From the NCBI GenBank assembly GCA_973895155.1, contig OZ316894.1:14808599-14872598 (forward strand): a stretch of DNA of 64,000 nt, given 5' to 3'. The notes under the pieces are model-generated. The model had not been told where the DNA came from. It ran no database searches and saw nothing but the letters and a program-made list of their open reading frames with translations. Of the stretch, positions 1 to 14,799 are shown in pieces. The translations under genes and the position numbers were made by a program. This stretch comes from Marsupella aquatica. Lineage: Eukaryota > Plantae > Marchantiophyta. How positions within the stretch are numbered: position 1 is the stretch's first letter; every line of letters starts with the position of its first letter.

Positions 1-1228
1 TTGTGTTAGATGGGGCATGTAGTTGCACCAACATACTCTTCCTAGAAAAGAGGATACAATCATTCTTGCATGTTTGAATGACTTCATACTTGAGGCAAAT
101 GGACTTAATTGAATGTTGTTCTTGCCTCCTTCCAAGACCCCAAAATATTGTTCCCTTTTGGCAATATTTTCTCAACATGCAAAATCAAAAATTTATCATC
201 TAAAAGGAGATTGCTTGTCCCATGTAGTCTTTGTTGCAAGTCCAACAACAACATAGTTGATGAAAGATGAGACAATCGGGAGCTGTCCTTGACGCCAAGG
301 CTTTGGAAGGACCAAAATATTAATCTTCCATAACTAATAAACTATAATGATCTCATGTCAAGTTGGATGGAGGAGGGCTTTACTATTCACAAATGACCCC
401 AAATTTCTATTGATTGCTCCAAGGGAATGTAAGAGGGTAATCGTAATTATAGATCAATCGATGCAAACATGCAATATAATGATAGAGCAAAACTGGGATT
501 TATTAGTCTAATGCCACACTTTTGTGGCATAATCACTACATTGCCACTCTTTTTCTTGTATTTATCAGTCTGCCACTCGTTTGAGTCATTGGTTAAGAAA
601 AGTAACTCAGGTTAACTACCTAAGATCTGTCGTTGAGATTTCTTTTGGTCTTCCCATTGGATGGTCGTCGCTTTCCTCACGGTTACATTTTGAACCCTTA
701 GTATAGTTTGCGGAGGGGTGGGTCGGCTAATCCATTTCTCCTCCCCTCCATTTCTCTGTCACCATAGTCGAGGCGCACTGGCTGCGTCTTTGCTCCACCC
801 TTGCCACTATCGTTGCATCCTCATTTCCCCAGCCCGGGCTATGTTGTCGTTGACCCTGGCTGCCTCTAGCTTGGCTGGGGCTGCATTGTTGCATGTTTCC
901 TGTCGGCCTCTCCCAACTCTGCCCAGCTTAGATGGGTCTTAATAAATTTAGAAGTGTATAAAATCCCTAAACACTCCAAGTCAAACAATAAAAGTGTTAA
1001 GCTTCCATGTACATTGTGAGGGATAAGAACCACAAAGTTAAGCTCATGTTGGAGGAATAGCAATTGGGATTGGTGACCACTTAATTGAGGAATGAAGAGT
1101 TGAAATGTCAAAGGAGATGGGAACCTCGCTCATGGTTGCAAAATGAAAGTAAATATACAAAGGAAGAGATGGGTGACCTGAGCACCCCGCGTCCGCTCCA
1201 ATGTGTATCCCATTTTCATTGTTTTCCT

Positions 1229-1308
1229 CTTTCCCATTCTCCCAGCATCGGACTTTCCCATTCTCTTAGCATCGGACTTTCCCATTCTTTCAGCATCGGA
1301 CTTTCCGA
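1229..1308. repeat. 24-bp tandem repeat, about 3 copies (CTTTCCCATTCTYYYAGCATCGGA)
   Basis: Direct repeats read from the sequence. Confidence 0.85.
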
Positions 1309-2689
1309 TATAAGTCCAATTGTTGATATCCGAAACTTTTATCATGGCATGTTACGATGCCGGCAGAATTGGATGTATGGTTTTTTCATATTTTGTTTTA
1401 CAAAGACGTCCAATGTGGAGAGAATTGGAAAAAGGAGGTAAAATATACTAGTGCAACGTAACAAATTTGCTTTGACGTTAATCATAGGAAAAAGATGCAA
1501 CATTCAAACCATACAATTGTTGCAACAAATAACATTCATGGATGTGTTTATTGCTGCACATAGACCAAATAGAGACCACCCTTTCTATTGCAAATGTAGC
1601 CTACATGAGTCATGGTCACCCCTATACAACCTCCTTCCAGACTAATGTTGATTAAGGGGTCCCTTCTCCAGACCAGTAGTACTCCTCGTCCACTTTCCTC
1701 TTGTTGTACGAAGCACGCCTCTGAAGGGCATTCCAATTCTTTTGGACAACAGCTTCACCGGCCTATAGCCTTTGAGCCTCCACCTTGGCTGCACAACTTT
1801 CCTTGTAATCAAACATAGCAATCTAAAGTTTAGTGGGTGAAAACTCACATTTAGACAAGGTGGGAGGGCAGGCCTCACCATCATCATCCTCGAGCAAATC
1901 TTCCAGACCATGATCATTGCTTGGACGCAACAAGAACTCTCCTGAGTCCAAGTGGTGGACCTGGCCACCCAGCGCCCTCACCAATCCCAACACCCATGCC
2001 TAAGTGCCCCTGGTGCTTGAACGCCTCCACAGAATACCTCAAGCAAGCAACTTGATGCCCCTTGCACCTCCTGCAGCCCCTCCCATACAAAGCCATACTT
2101 GCTCTCTAACACGACCGCTACTCAACGGTCCTCACTGTTTGCACAAGCAACCAAGCGTCTTGGTAAGTAAATCCTCAGGATCTAGATCTCCCAAGTCTAG
2201 CATCCTAACTCAAACTCAACAAACATTGATAAGTAGGTCAACGATAGGTCCTCCCGATGCCATAAGTCGGAACCAGAATCGACACCCATTGTTCATCCTG
2301 AACAGCTCCTTCCTTAGGGGCGGCCCGGGTCCCCTCGTACCTATCCATCACCAACTGACCGCCCTGCCCCCAGAGCATGCTCATGGCCCAAATAGCGTAG
2401 CTTGTCCTAAGGCTTGTCCCAACACGTCGGGACCAAAATGACCCCGACTCTAGCAACCAACTCCCGGTTCTCACCCCACTGATGGTCTAGGGGCCAAGTG
2501 CCCTTGGAACTCAACCTCCATGCCTACTTGGCCTTGCCTCCCCAATGTAAGCTCCCTTGAGAGACTGAACGCGACTTAGCTATTGTTTTGGCAAGAAATG
2601 GCAAGCAGGCGAGATAGCACCCGCAAACCTCAAAAAAATTTGGCTCCCCCAAACCCAGCTGAGCTCAAGAGAATGTAGCGCTTCACATC

Positions 2690-5000
2690 AGGACAAGCTC
2701 CCCACAAAGAATTGTGATTTGCATTCACTGATTTCACCTTCCATTGGATGTCTCGATCCACCTTCCTTGGTTGTAGAGTTCCCTTAACATTAGATTCACC
2801 TATGATCCTGAATCAATAAGTGCCTTGATAGGACCTTTGACTCCAATCAGCTCCACCTCAACTTCATCACAAGCTCTTGCCCAATATGACTCCATTTCTT
2901 TTATAGATTTAGCATGATAGGAATCTACCTCAACTTTGTTGTCTTCACCTTGTACTGCACAAATGCTCATGCTTTTAGTTTCTCCTTCATTGTCTGAATC
3001 CTCCATCTCCCCAGCTAGAGCATGAGAACCCTCTTTGTAAAAACGTTTCTTCTTTGATCTTGTAAGAATTGCTTCTTGTATGTCTTTCCTCAAACTTCCA
3101 AAGAACTCCTCATTTGTAAAACCACGGGCTTCTTGCTTCCAAAACTTATCAACAATTCTCTCTGGTTCAATTGTTTGTTCCACATCACGGCCTAGTATCC
3201 ACCCAGGTCCCTTTTTGGTTGACTTCTCATTCTTCTTCTCTTCCTCCATTGGTGAATCTGAAGTTTCTCTTCTTGGCATCTTTCTTCTTGGCTCATCACT
3301 TGAAGGAGTTTTGCGCTTGTCCTCCACTCTTGCTTCCCATGTAACTCCAACTTCTGCAGTAATTGGGGCTAGCTATTAACACAGGAGCATCCCATCCAGT
3401 TTGTTGACAAATGTAGTCAACAAGCTTTTTCTTTCCTATCTCATCAAGTACCTTTTCTGAAAAACAACTTGTTGCAGCAAAAACGTTAGGCTCGATTACA
3501 GTTGCTGCTGTGTCTACTCCTTCTGTTGCCAACTTTTTCTCCACTAAGGCTCTCATCCCTCCACAATTATTGTTGAGTGGTATAAGCTCCTTAGTGTTGT
3601 AGTATGCAAGCTTCTTTTGCCCTTGTTCACCAACAAACTTCACAAGTTGATTTTGAAAGTGCTGCAGAAAGTTCAGTGCAATCATTTATTCTATGCTCCT
3701 TGCTGTCACACCAGGGTATAGCGACGGAGACAGGAAATAGGTAAACAGGAAAATTTTTTCCTGGTTTTAATATGCTGTTACCAGGAAAAAATCATTGTTA
3801 CCATAAAAAATGTCAATTTAAAAATGTCTCCTAAAACATGTTATTTCCCAAAAAAATTAACAATGCAACATTTTTGGCTAGCTTTGGGCGCTACTATTAG
3901 CAGCACCGGGCGCTGGCAAAAAAAACTGGTCGACCAAAAAAAAAAATTCAAAAAAAATTTCCACCCATTTTCCTGTTACCAGATTTTTTTCCTATTACCA
4001 GTTTCTATTATTAAATCCTTAAATCCTGTTTCCTGTTTGCTGTCTTTTGTAAACACTTCTCACACCACATGCAATTCCATGTGCAATTTATTGTTGTTGT
4101 AGTCTTGGTTGCTTGTGTCTGGTTTAGAACTTGGGTTGTAAGAATGGTCAAGTTCCTCATCAAATCAGCAAGCTCTTCAACTGCTCCTCCTTTGCCTTCT
4201 TGTGCTATGGACTTGATCTCCTTCTTCTCACCCCCACTAGTAGTATTATCCATCCTTGTAGTTGATGTCTTGGTTTGACTTGGAACTCCACTGATAGCCT
4301 CTTGATCCAAGTCTCTTCTTCTATGTCGATGACTTACTTTCATCACTACCTTCTCAATGTTCTCCCAATTTGTAGAAGAGTCAGTACGATTTGGATCAAT
4401 TAGATCTAAAGCATTCTCCAACTCATCCCTTAGCTTCTCATCTGCAACTCTAAAAAATAGAGTACACCTCTGCATCCGGATGACTTGTGCCTCTGAATCT
4501 GGAAGTTGATTGAACTTCTTGTTGAACTCTCGCAATAGTTCTTGTGGCCCCAACTTCTTGTTCCTCTCATGGACCCAATCACAAAATATCACTTGTGTAA
4601 TTCAATCAGCATCCTCCAATTGGAATTCCTCCTTCATGCATTTCTCAAAACACGTCCATGTCTTGTCTTTTGATGCCTCAAGAACTATAGCATCAATGAT
4701 CCCTTTTAATTCTGGCTCCACCAATGTTGAAAATTGACGAATTGCAACCTCTTCTGAAAGTTGCTCAATAGCCTCTTGCCAATAGGTCTTCATGTAATGA
4801 GTTACATTACGACCATCAAATTGCCCATTCTTCTCAAGAACCCTCCTCAAGCACCTTGTTGCACAATGTGCTTGCTCTCTCTTTTGATTTTCTGCTGTAT
4901 TGGTTTGTTTTATACTCTGCATCAAAGTCAACAACATTCTAGAATGGTATCCATGTCCATAGTGTTGGGGGATGTAAGTAGTGGATAATTCCAAAAGCAT
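2690..5000 (-). pseudogene. Degenerate Ty3/Gypsy gag-protease
   Basis: Gag-like FDGRNVTHY segment; CCHC knuckle CMWCDSKEHRINDC is restored when the 3712-4057 insert is removed; aspartic protease motif ALIDSGS near 2803-2823; several frameshifts. Confidence 0.8.
3712..4057. mobile_element. MITE (hAT-like) inserted in the gag zinc knuckle
   Basis: Ends CAGGGT...AAACACT, subterminal inverted CAGGAAA/TTTCCTG motifs, 8-bp TSD tgtcacac (3704-3711) / tctcacac (4058-4065) with one mismatch. Confidence 0.75.
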
Positions 5001-5049
5001 GAAGAAACTGAAAATTTTAAATTTTTTACGGTGTTTAGACTGCAATTGT

Positions 5050-6000
5050 TGCTAACTGTAACTGTAAACAACATTGAAAGTTAAGAGTTCCTAAGTTATG
5101 GGTAAACTCAGTTTACTAGTTCACTACTTTACAAGTTTATGAGTTAGGACTTAAGAGTTTACGAGTTATGCTTTACGATTTGACGACCCTATGATCGTGA
5201 CATCTTACGGCTAGTTCAACGGGACTCCACGACAGAAGAAGAGCACGCCTTGAAAGGGAAGGAATGCAAGACATAAGCGCTCATTACTAACTTGTCTTCC
5301 ACCTTACCTCTCAGACTCTTGCTGAATTCAACCGGCACTTTAAGGATGTTACTTGGAGACTTCATCCATTCTATTCAAGAATGATGAGGACAGAAGATTT
5401 CCTGTCTCACTATCCTCAAGTATACGCTGCTACCTGCAATCACTATGATGTGATTGGAATTTACCGAGAGGCACTTCGTATAGATTCATGTTACTTAATG
5501 AAGAGAATGCCTTTGATGTATCCTGAGAGACAACTGAGATGTCTACCCTATTCTTGAGGATCACCACGTCAAGCAGAACTTATGGAGGTCACTCAAGCTT
5601 GGACTGTTACCCTTGTGGAACTTCTCGAACCAGATGATATCCGACAACAAGCTTGAAGGAGAGTCTAAGTGCTTTTAGTTAGTCTTTTAAGAATAGTGCA
5701 TCTTTTCCTATTTTTATAAATGTGTTATAGAGCTTTAAAAGCTATGAAACTTATTAAGTGTATAGTCTGTATCTAGGAGAACCCACTGGCAAAATTTCAG
5801 AGTTTTCTAAGCCAAGAGTAGAAAGTTAGGAATAGTTGAAATTGTTAAGTTTTTAAGTGTATCGCAATTATAGGTTTACAAGTTACGGATTATGGCTTAC
5901 GCTTTTATGTTTTTACGAGTTTATGGTTTTACGCTTTAGATATTTTTACGAGTTTACGAGTTTACGATTTACACTTAGCCAATTTTCCGGCTTTTCACTT
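5050..6000. repeat. Probable decayed LTR/5' region with TTTACGAG motif clusters
   Basis: Repeated tttacgag/tttacg motifs at 5130-5180 and 5875-5975, upstream of the gag remnant. Confidence 0.35.
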
Positions 6001-8182
6001 ATTGAATCGTCATTTTAACATTTTGAGGAGTATGAAGAGGCATGTCTCTTCCACCCTATGACCTCTCACTCTGTAGATTTTTACTATAAGACCCCCTCCA
6101 TCACTAGTGTAGTTGATGGTTAAGTTATGCATTTTTGCCTCTTCTTTGTGTTAAACTAGTTGATCATGAATCTATGAGTTCGAGATCAGGTTTAACGTTT
6201 GGAGAGACTTGCCTCCTTCTTGTGTTTTTACCTCTGATTATAAACACAGGAAGTAAAATTCCTTTTGTGCAAATATTTTGAGTTGTAATGACAGATTCCT
6301 TGTTGGTGACTCATTGCAATCTCTTGAGTTCTTAAAGTTAACTCATTGAGTTTAAGTCTTATTGAAATTGATGGATTTTCTTTCATGTTACTTAGTACCA
6401 TCTAAATGTTGAAGTAGTCACTCTTTTAAATCTTGTCTGAGTACCACTTAGAAAGAAAAGACAAGACGTGTTGACGGCACTTTAAAAGGGTAATCTAGTA
6501 AACATTTTAGATCTGAAAAACAATATGGATTTGAATCCTTAAGTCTTTTCATTTTGACTTATGTTTAAGGAGCAAGCTTGGTCAATTCCAAACTCCCTTA
6601 GCATACTTTAAGATATTTTTGGTGTATTTTGTTAATCATTTTCCTTTTCATTAATTTATGGTTACATGATGCTGAGATATCATTGAAAACTTCTCACCGT
6701 TGTGGAGCGATCTTCAAAATACCTTAGTAAAGTAATCAAACTTGATTACTATGTATGGAAAACATCTTAAGTCTATTATTGTTGTTTAAATCTATCAAAC
6801 CAACCCCATCTTGTTCTTTACGGGAACAAATACCGAGTTTGAAGACCTTTAAGTGTGTTTTTGGTTCTTCATAGCAAACTACAGGGGACATACTTGAGTC
6901 TCCTATGTCAGTACTGTTAGGCAGCGCTATATACCAACTTGTTTACTCTCTCACAATGAATAGGTGTCCACCACCTAGGTGTCCCTAGACCAATTGTCTA
7001 GTAAAGCAAGTTAGCTTCTTCTAGTAATGCAATACTTCCTTTTTTCTTCCAAAAATAGGCCCCAAGAGTTCCCCAGTATGGTCGCCACTTATGTCGGGGG
7101 AATCTTTAGTTCTTGGGAAGCATCAAGCTCTTGTTTTTCCTATCTTGGAAGAAACTTTTCCAAAGTACGTCTTTTCTCACCTCACATTACCCTTGCGATC
7201 CCATTTGTCAATCAATTTTCCTCACCATTATCCTCTAAAATATCTCTCACAGCCTAGCTTTGTCCCATTCTACGATGAGCGGCTTCCTCACACTAAGCCT
7301 CGAATCGGCCTATCCTCTTTCCACATAACTTACTTCTCAAGTCAAGTCATGGATTGCAATTTCCAATGAATCCTACAATTAGATAAGTCAATTATAGAAA
7401 ACAAAAATTATGATCTTAAGATTTACCATAGATGATATAATCACAGGCTCTGGCATCCTAAACATAATATTGTATCTTTCATCTCCATACTTTCTAACTA
7501 AAATATCTTTACAATCAATCTTCTTACGACATACCACTCTAATGTCAATAGATGAAGGAAAATCAGACACATTATTAGGAAGCCTATTCAAATCTAATTC
7601 CGGTACATTTACGGGTTGTCTATTAAAATCCATCTAAAATAAAATAAAAATAGTTACATTCCATTCATTTCCATAAACAACAATCGGGTATACAAATGGT
7701 GCATTGCTATTCATAACTGTTTCCATTAACTCAAACCCAAAATGATAAAGAAGATGCATTCTCATGGTATGCTTGCTAAGACAATGAATTCTAATTAAGA
7801 GAGGATTGACAAATGGCACAACAGATGGGGGATAAACTTTAGGTACTCCATTTATCATATTATTAATTACAAACACACTAAATTGATCTCAAGACTAATA
7901 AACATAAAACATAAAATAGTTCTAAGGCCAACAATCAAGTTTGTACCCAAGCATGGATGTAAATAATAAACAAAATATGTGCACAAGAGGGGAAGAGTTC
8001 CTTATAGTGTTGCGAGTCCAACATGATAGATCAAACAATGCAAATGAGGAGAGTGTGCTTCTCTTCACTTTATTTATAGTGTCCCTTTGTGCTTTCCAAG
8101 AGGGCATGGATCGATGCCTTGACCCTTGGATTGAAGCCAAGTGGCAAGCATCAAGCACCTATAAGTGTGCTAATACTATTCA

Positions 8183-8337
8183 TAGTTGGTGGAACTACTG
8201 TGCGTAGTTGGTGAAATTATTACGCGTAACTGGTGAAACTACTATGCGTAATTGGTGCAACTACTATGCGTAGTTTATGAAATTACTATGCGTAGTTTAT
8301 GAAATTACTATGCGTAGTTGGTGAAACTACTGTGTAT
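8183..8337. repeat. 22-bp tandem repeat, about 7 copies (AGTTGGTGAAACTACTATGCGT)
   Basis: Direct repeats; internal AACTAC/GTAGTT inverted motif. Confidence 0.9.
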
Positions 8338-8479
8338 CATTGTAGAATGTACACACTACATATAGAATGTAATATATATGCTCTAATAGTACTACTATGA
8401 AGCTTTAAAGTAAAACCATTTTCACATAAACTCAAATAACACAATATGGATTCTAGCCTTCTAAAGGGAATGCCCACGA

Positions 8480-9800
8480 CACCGTCCGCCAAGCTTCCGG
8501 ATTTATGAACTAGGAGGGCGCCCTTGGCGTCCTCCCTGTGGCTAACACAAACGGCGCAAACCCCATTGGTGAATGCTTGGTCAAGTTATACCTAAACTCG
8601 GCCATTGTTAAGTGCTTTGCCCAATCCTTTTAATTGGCCATTACAAAATGATGCAAGTAGCCCTCCACAATACCATTCATCCATTATGTTTGGCCATCTG
8701 TCTCATGATGATACGCTGCTCCTCTAGTAAGGTCTATTCCGGATAATCGGAACAACGCCTTCCAAAAGTGGCCCATGAACTTGGTATTGCAATCGGACAG
8801 GATATGCAACGGCAATCCCCATTGTTGGAAGCCCATTGTTGGAAGACCAAACACTAGACCGACAACCTCTCGGGCCAAAACCATTTTTGTAGTCAGCAAG
8901 AAATACGTCATCTTGGAAAAACAATCCACGATTGTTAAGATGGAGTTATTGTCGTGGGACTTAGGTAACCTCACAATGAAGTCCATGGAGATGGACTCCC
9001 ATGGAGCCGCAACTACTAGTAAGGGTTGCAAAAGTCCTCCTTTTGCCCTATAGACCATTTGGTTCTTTTGGCACGAGTAACAACTTTGCACGTGGCAAAG
9101 AACCAATTGCTTCATGTCCCGCCAATACACATCTTGCGACATGTTGCGGTACATAGCAGCTTGTCCGCCATGACCTCCCTAGGGCAAGTCATGGTAATTT
9201 TGCAAAACTTCCAGCCTTAGAGACTCTGGGATGTACACACGCCTCTGCTTGTATCGCCATAACTAGACATTATGCATATCCAACCCCAATGAAACGTGCC
9301 TTACTTTGCCTTGGCTACCCCCATTGCTTTGCCATTCCTTGGCTATATAAACTGTCATCCCCATACGCCTCGGCCAGGACCTTTGGCCACTTGGATTCAA
9401 GCATCGTGATCCCATTGATACAATGATGGTCCCTACGCGATAACGCGTCAACTACCGTGTTTGTCTTCCCAGCAACGTGGCGGACTTTGAAATCAAAATC
9501 TCTCAAGAACATCTGCCAACGCATTTCCTTGGGGTTCAACATTGGCTTAGAACTGAAGTACCCTGCTGGTGAGCTATCTGTGTGTATTACCACTTTGGGA
9601 CCGCTCTTAAGGTAAATCTCCCACTTCTTCAACGCATAGATCACCGCATACATTTCTTTTCCGGGGTGATCCAATGATTTTCTAACTTACATGACTTAAA
9701 GGCCACAGGACGCCCATCTTGTTGTAGACAGGCACCAATGGCGTAATCATGTCTTGCGTCTGTCCAAATCTTGAATGGCTTCCCATCTCACTGCCCAACA
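8480..9800 (-). pseudogene. Degenerate Ty3/Gypsy pol (RNase H-integrase)
   Basis: EMYAVIYALKKW, RWQMFLRDFDF, GKTNTVVDALSR (RNase H); YW..MKQ..C.SCQ, PWESISMDFI.LP, YHHETDGQT (integrase). Confidence 0.9.
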
Positions 9801-10339
9801 TTCATTCATGACATGGAAACAATCTCTTTCTTGTGTGCTAACTTGCATATGAAACTCATGCCCAATGATTCCAAACAATTGGCAGTCGGCTTCTTCCCAC
9901 ACTTGATAGACAACAATATTGATTTGCACAAAGAAATTTTACATATATTGACCTGAAACTACTTGTTGACAAAAATGATTCACTCAATTTTACATCGCCA
10001 GCCCTATATTCTGGGGTTCTCTACAGGTTCAGTCTAACTCTGCAAGCACTGGGCCCTAAGGCACACAACTTTCCATCTTCTAATGGGATATCGCATCCCT
10101 TGTAAACTAAGTCGCTACCATACATGCCCCAAATCACTGCAATCGTTACTCCAACCAAGCAAATGACTCCAAACTGATCCATCTCTATAAAATTGCTGCT
10201 TGACCAAAACTGAACCTTGACTAAATAAAATGAAACTCTGGTCATGTTTTTAGGGTTTTAAATAGTAATTGCCCTAATGACTCGACCTCTACTTAACTGT
10301 AACTTGATAATTAACCTCAAAATTTCACTAATCTAATTT

Positions 10340-13300
10340 GCTAAAATCCTGCCATTTCATTGCTCCTTTACTTATCTTTGGGACTCGTCCCCGATGTCCC
10401 ATCAATTTCCATCTCATCTCCGACTATATCATCTGGAATCTGTTGAGATGCTGCTTCTTTGATTGTCATAGATTCCTCCAGATTTTCTTCCTGATGTGGC
10501 TGTTCTACTGGGGTTTCCATTGTCTCCTTGACTGCTTCCTTCATAGCTTCTATGACTTGCTCCTAATAACCTCAATTGTATCTGTAAGGAATTGCTTCTT
10601 TGGTTCTTTCCCTGTGGCTTGCTTTATGATTGCCTTGAGCTGTTTCTCCCTGTAATTTAGTACCATAGTTTTTAAATCCCTTATCCGCTCCTCCATTAGT
10701 TCTTGCTTGGTCTCCAAATCTTCATTGTCCTTTAGCACCTCATTCAACTCTTGTAACTGTTCCCCATTATTTGCTTGTAGCCTCTGAATGTTTGCTTCCC
10801 ACGTTTCTTTCTCCTGAGATAACGTTGTTTCTCTGGCTACCATCTTTTCAAATTTATCCTGCTTGTGGTTCAACTTCTTTTTAGCCTCATCACTCTGTTG
10901 TTGTAATTCTCTCAGTTGATCTTGATTGGTCTCCAGTTTCCTTTCCAGTGTAGCTTGTGCCACCCGCAATTCCTCATTAATTTGCTTTTTCAGCTTTGCT
11001 CTTGTCCACTGTCACTATCTGTACTTGCATCTCAAGCTCATTCATCCTCTGCTTCACAGTTTCCCACATCTGTAACACTGCTGCCAAAGTACTTACTTTG
11101 AGTGTTGATGTTCTTGTTGTCTTAGCTAACTCTCTCACTAATTCCTCAATTTGTTGTTGCTGTTCTGACTGATCTGCTGCTTGTTGTTGTTTTTCAGATC
11201 TGTTTCTTGGCTTGCAATTTTCAATTTGGCTTCCCTGAGTTGTCCTTTCAACCCCCAAATCTGTCTTCTTATTGCCATCTCTTGTTTTGATAGATCGCTC
11301 TTATGGTACTTCATGATGGGTCCAAGAAGTTCATTCAAAAGTATAATTTGATCCACACCTCTCTTCTTAGAAATTGACACGGTTTCTGAAATACCTTTGC
11401 AGCTTTTGACTATGACCGTTGTCTCTCAAATTGTTGCCTTGGTTGGCTTTGGTGTTGACTCTTCTTTCTCCTTTCCTTTGTTGGATGCACACTCCTTCTT
11501 GATGATGAGTCTGGTCAATCATTTCTTGACCTCTTCTTGACTTAAATTTGTATCCATTTTCTGATCAGTCTCCGGTGAAGTCGGTGTGGCTCTGGTCATG
11601 ATCCCTGTGAAAGCCTTTTGGTGACTTTCCTCTCTGTGCTTGTTCTTCTGTATTGGTTCTTGAATCTTGTCTGGCTCTCCTTGATCTGCAGTGTTCCATT
11701 CATTGGTTTTGCCCTCTGGATTCTCTTCTTCCTCTAGTTCCAATGAGCCAATCTCCTGCTCGACGTTCATCTGGTAATCCGTTCTTGAGATTTAGTTCTT
11801 TGGCTCTAAATCTCAGTCTCTATTAAGCTTCTCTTGCCCCGCCTGGTCTTGTAGCAATCTTTATTATTCCCTTCATTATCCCCTCCAACTTCCCTGGTGG
11901 CATGTTGAGCCGTTGTATTTGAGTCTTCAAGTTTGACCGGCTCCTTCTCGGTTCTTGATTTCTTCAATGTCTTCTTCCCTCTTAACCAATAGCGTTTTGA
12001 TGGCTCAAGGGTCTTCTTGATTTTCTCCTAAGCATTCAAATAGTAGTGTACTAGCAATCGTATATGTGTTCCCACCTCCAATGTAATGTTGTCTTCTGAA
12101 CTTTGCAGATGCTCTTTGGCCCTCACCAAAGCTTTTCGTAAACTTTCATAAAACAATGCACTCTAGTTCTTCCAACCATCCTTGCAGTCCTCCACTAGTT
12201 TGATAATGTACCTGGAACATTCATTTCTTGGTTTCTTCCACATCATGGCATGACTGATAAATTTTGCCCTCTACTTGACGACACTCTAGGTACATTGACT
12301 CATCATGAATCCGGATCCCTCTGGCTTACGGAAGCCCTCATTAAAGTGCTTTGATTTGTAGGTAGCTGCAACTCTTTGAGTGATTTTTTCCCCCTTTCAT
12401 TGTCTAATCCAAAGGCGTCCATTATTGTCTTGTAACTCGTACTCACCATCTTATTCAGAAACCTTCCTTCGTTCTTCTGTTCATTCCAGCTCAAAATGAA
12501 GTCTTCCAGGTCACCATCCTTATACCGAGTGATCTCCCAGCCCAAGTTTATGAACTCTGTTAAACATTGTGTCTTGACGAACTCTTGATGTGCTTTCGAT
12601 TGGATATACCCGACAATTTTGAGGGACATCTTCTCTAGTCGTGATTCCTCCTCTAATAGTGCTTCCTCTTCTTCTCCATCATTGATACAATCGTTGATAG
12701 GGTCATGTCTTTGTTTCCTCTTTTCCTCCATGTTTCCTTTGGATGTCATACTCGCTTTTTCCTCCTCACCAGTTATTGAAATCGAATCAACTACTTGCTG
12801 CTCTGATTGCTATTTGCGCTTTGGTCTTTTCTGGTTCCTTCGTCTTGATTTACTTGCATTGCTGGTTTCTCTGGCACGCACATCGCATTGACTAGGATGC
12901 CCTGTCTTCTAATTGTTTCTTCTTGTCTCTTCCAGTTGGTTAACCCTAATCCGTTACTTAGTTTGTCGAAATCTTGTTCTTCTAGTTCCTTCCAAGACTG
13001 GTTGTGGTGTATCCCTTGACCAGATTTAATATGTATACCTGAGTATATTTTACTTAGCTCTAAAAGGTTGGTTGGTTCCCACTTATCTTTGTCTCTCTCA
13101 TTTGTTTCAATACCCATTAACACCCCTAACTCTCTGGTATTTTCATTACGGACACATGGAATTACTGATCTAAGTCTGGGAATTATATTTTCTATGAAAA
13201 TGGTTCTCTCCCCTATCCAATATCCTATTATCATTAAATTCTCAGGATATCTCCCATTTTTCTTAATGTTTGCCCCTTTCAAGATTTCCTTGGAGTACAA

Positions 13301-13390
13301 TTCAGCAATATCTACTTTACTAACGTGTAATAAAAATGAAGAAAAAGGAATGTCTGCCCTGTCTATATTTATGCACCCTATTGACAAAAA
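10340..13390 (-). pseudogene. Decayed retroelement accessory ORF (plant-mobile-domain-like segment plus long coiled coil), related to 31063-33699
   Basis: LTEFINLGW..RY...LEDFI..W....I...FGL aligns by eye with FEHLVSLPW..RY...MTEFV..Y....L...FGL; coiled-coil fragments at 10550-11380. Confidence 0.55.
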
Positions 13391-13625
13391 ACAGATAACC
13401 TGTTACCAGGAAATACTTTGCTGTTGGAAAGATCTTGAAGAGGCGGTCCGGATGAGCTTAGCATTGTCACCATTCGGTAAGAATTGAGGTGTATGGCAAC
13501 CATGACAGAAAACAGAAAACAGATAACCTGTTACCAGGAAATCCTTTATTGTTAACAACCAAAATTTACCTATTACCAGTAAAACTTTCCCTGTTACCAG
13601 TTTAGCATAAACCATAACCCCTTGA
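13380..13625. mobile_element. MITE-like fragment sharing CTGTTACCAG motifs with 3712-4057
   Basis: Repeated aacagataacctgttaccaggaaat and cctattaccagt motifs. Confidence 0.45.
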
Positions 13626-14799
13626 TACAAATGAGAAAAAGTCTCTCCCACTACATATAAATTATATACACTCAGAACATACCTATGGTTGGAAGCCTTC
13701 AATACTAAAAAACTACGCCAATCACATGAGTTTGTCTTAAGGAATTAGCTTCAAAACTAACAAATCTTTTCGTGCCATGCGATGGCTCAATAGTACTTTG
13801 ACACGACAATTTATTGTAGAAGATCACATAACATAGAATTGGGACCATACCCAATAATAGCTCAAAAATTGTCCAGGGTAAAGAGTTACCCTTGGGTGGG
13901 ACCCACCATAGCACTAGTCAAGGCTGGTGTCCAAATGACATCAATCACAATGGGTTCACTTAAATGGACCCTGTATCCCGACAAACAAATGACAAAACAA
14001 CGCCTGGCGCCAACTATATTATTTAGAATGATTGAACAAACACGGATTTAAAGATAAAAGACATACATATAAAATGGACATATAAAATGGAACATGTCCT
14101 AATGATTCTCTCTTATAGGCACATCATAAAGCAAGGAACATAGCAACTACTGGAAGCAGCGCCCGACGCTAACCAAAATCTTCTGAACAAACCAGTAAAA
14201 TATCCGTTGGCTAAAGACAAAATAGTGACTATCCGTTATGTAGAACGAGTTACACGGAAATTTTGGGTTCTATTAATAGTCATTCACGTTCTGCCTCTCC
14301 AAGACAAGCCTGACTTTGCCCACTGTCAAAATTGGTTGGCTACAAAGAGTCGACTCCTCAACATCAAAGTTGAATTTAACATTAATGTACACCTAGTAGA
14401 GATGTTTACAACGCATGTACAACTTGCCATGCAAATGACGTTGGAAGAAGTCCTCACAAGAGCAAGCAAGGAAGATACAGATTTGGACAAAGTAAGTGCT
14501 TGGCGATCAAAGGTTCTCATAGGTTTGAATTTGAAATTGCTTTCCAAAAGCATTTCCAGTCTGAACATCCCATTCCCATTCCAAATTCATCTCTTCTTTT
14601 TGTGCAGACTCCATTTGCTTAGTGTGACCCATAGTAAGATTAGATCGAGGCCTTGAGTTCCTCCCGTTCCGACTACCCAGCAGGACATTTGGCTCCAAAA
14701 ACTTTATTGTTTCTGGAAATGAGTTCACATTTATCCTGAGATCAAACAAAGATGGCGCAAATCAACTCGATCCTGGTGTTTGGGCTAGCACAAGTCCTT

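Noticed and set aside
1-2690. Possible LINE ORF1 and chromodomain remnants
   Set aside because: Too degenerate for reliable motif support
6000-7900. Possible decayed Gypsy pol
   Set aside because: Only faint motif hints and no continuous frame
8183-8337. 22-bp array as CRISPR or iterons
   Set aside because: Head-to-tail minisatellite with no spacers
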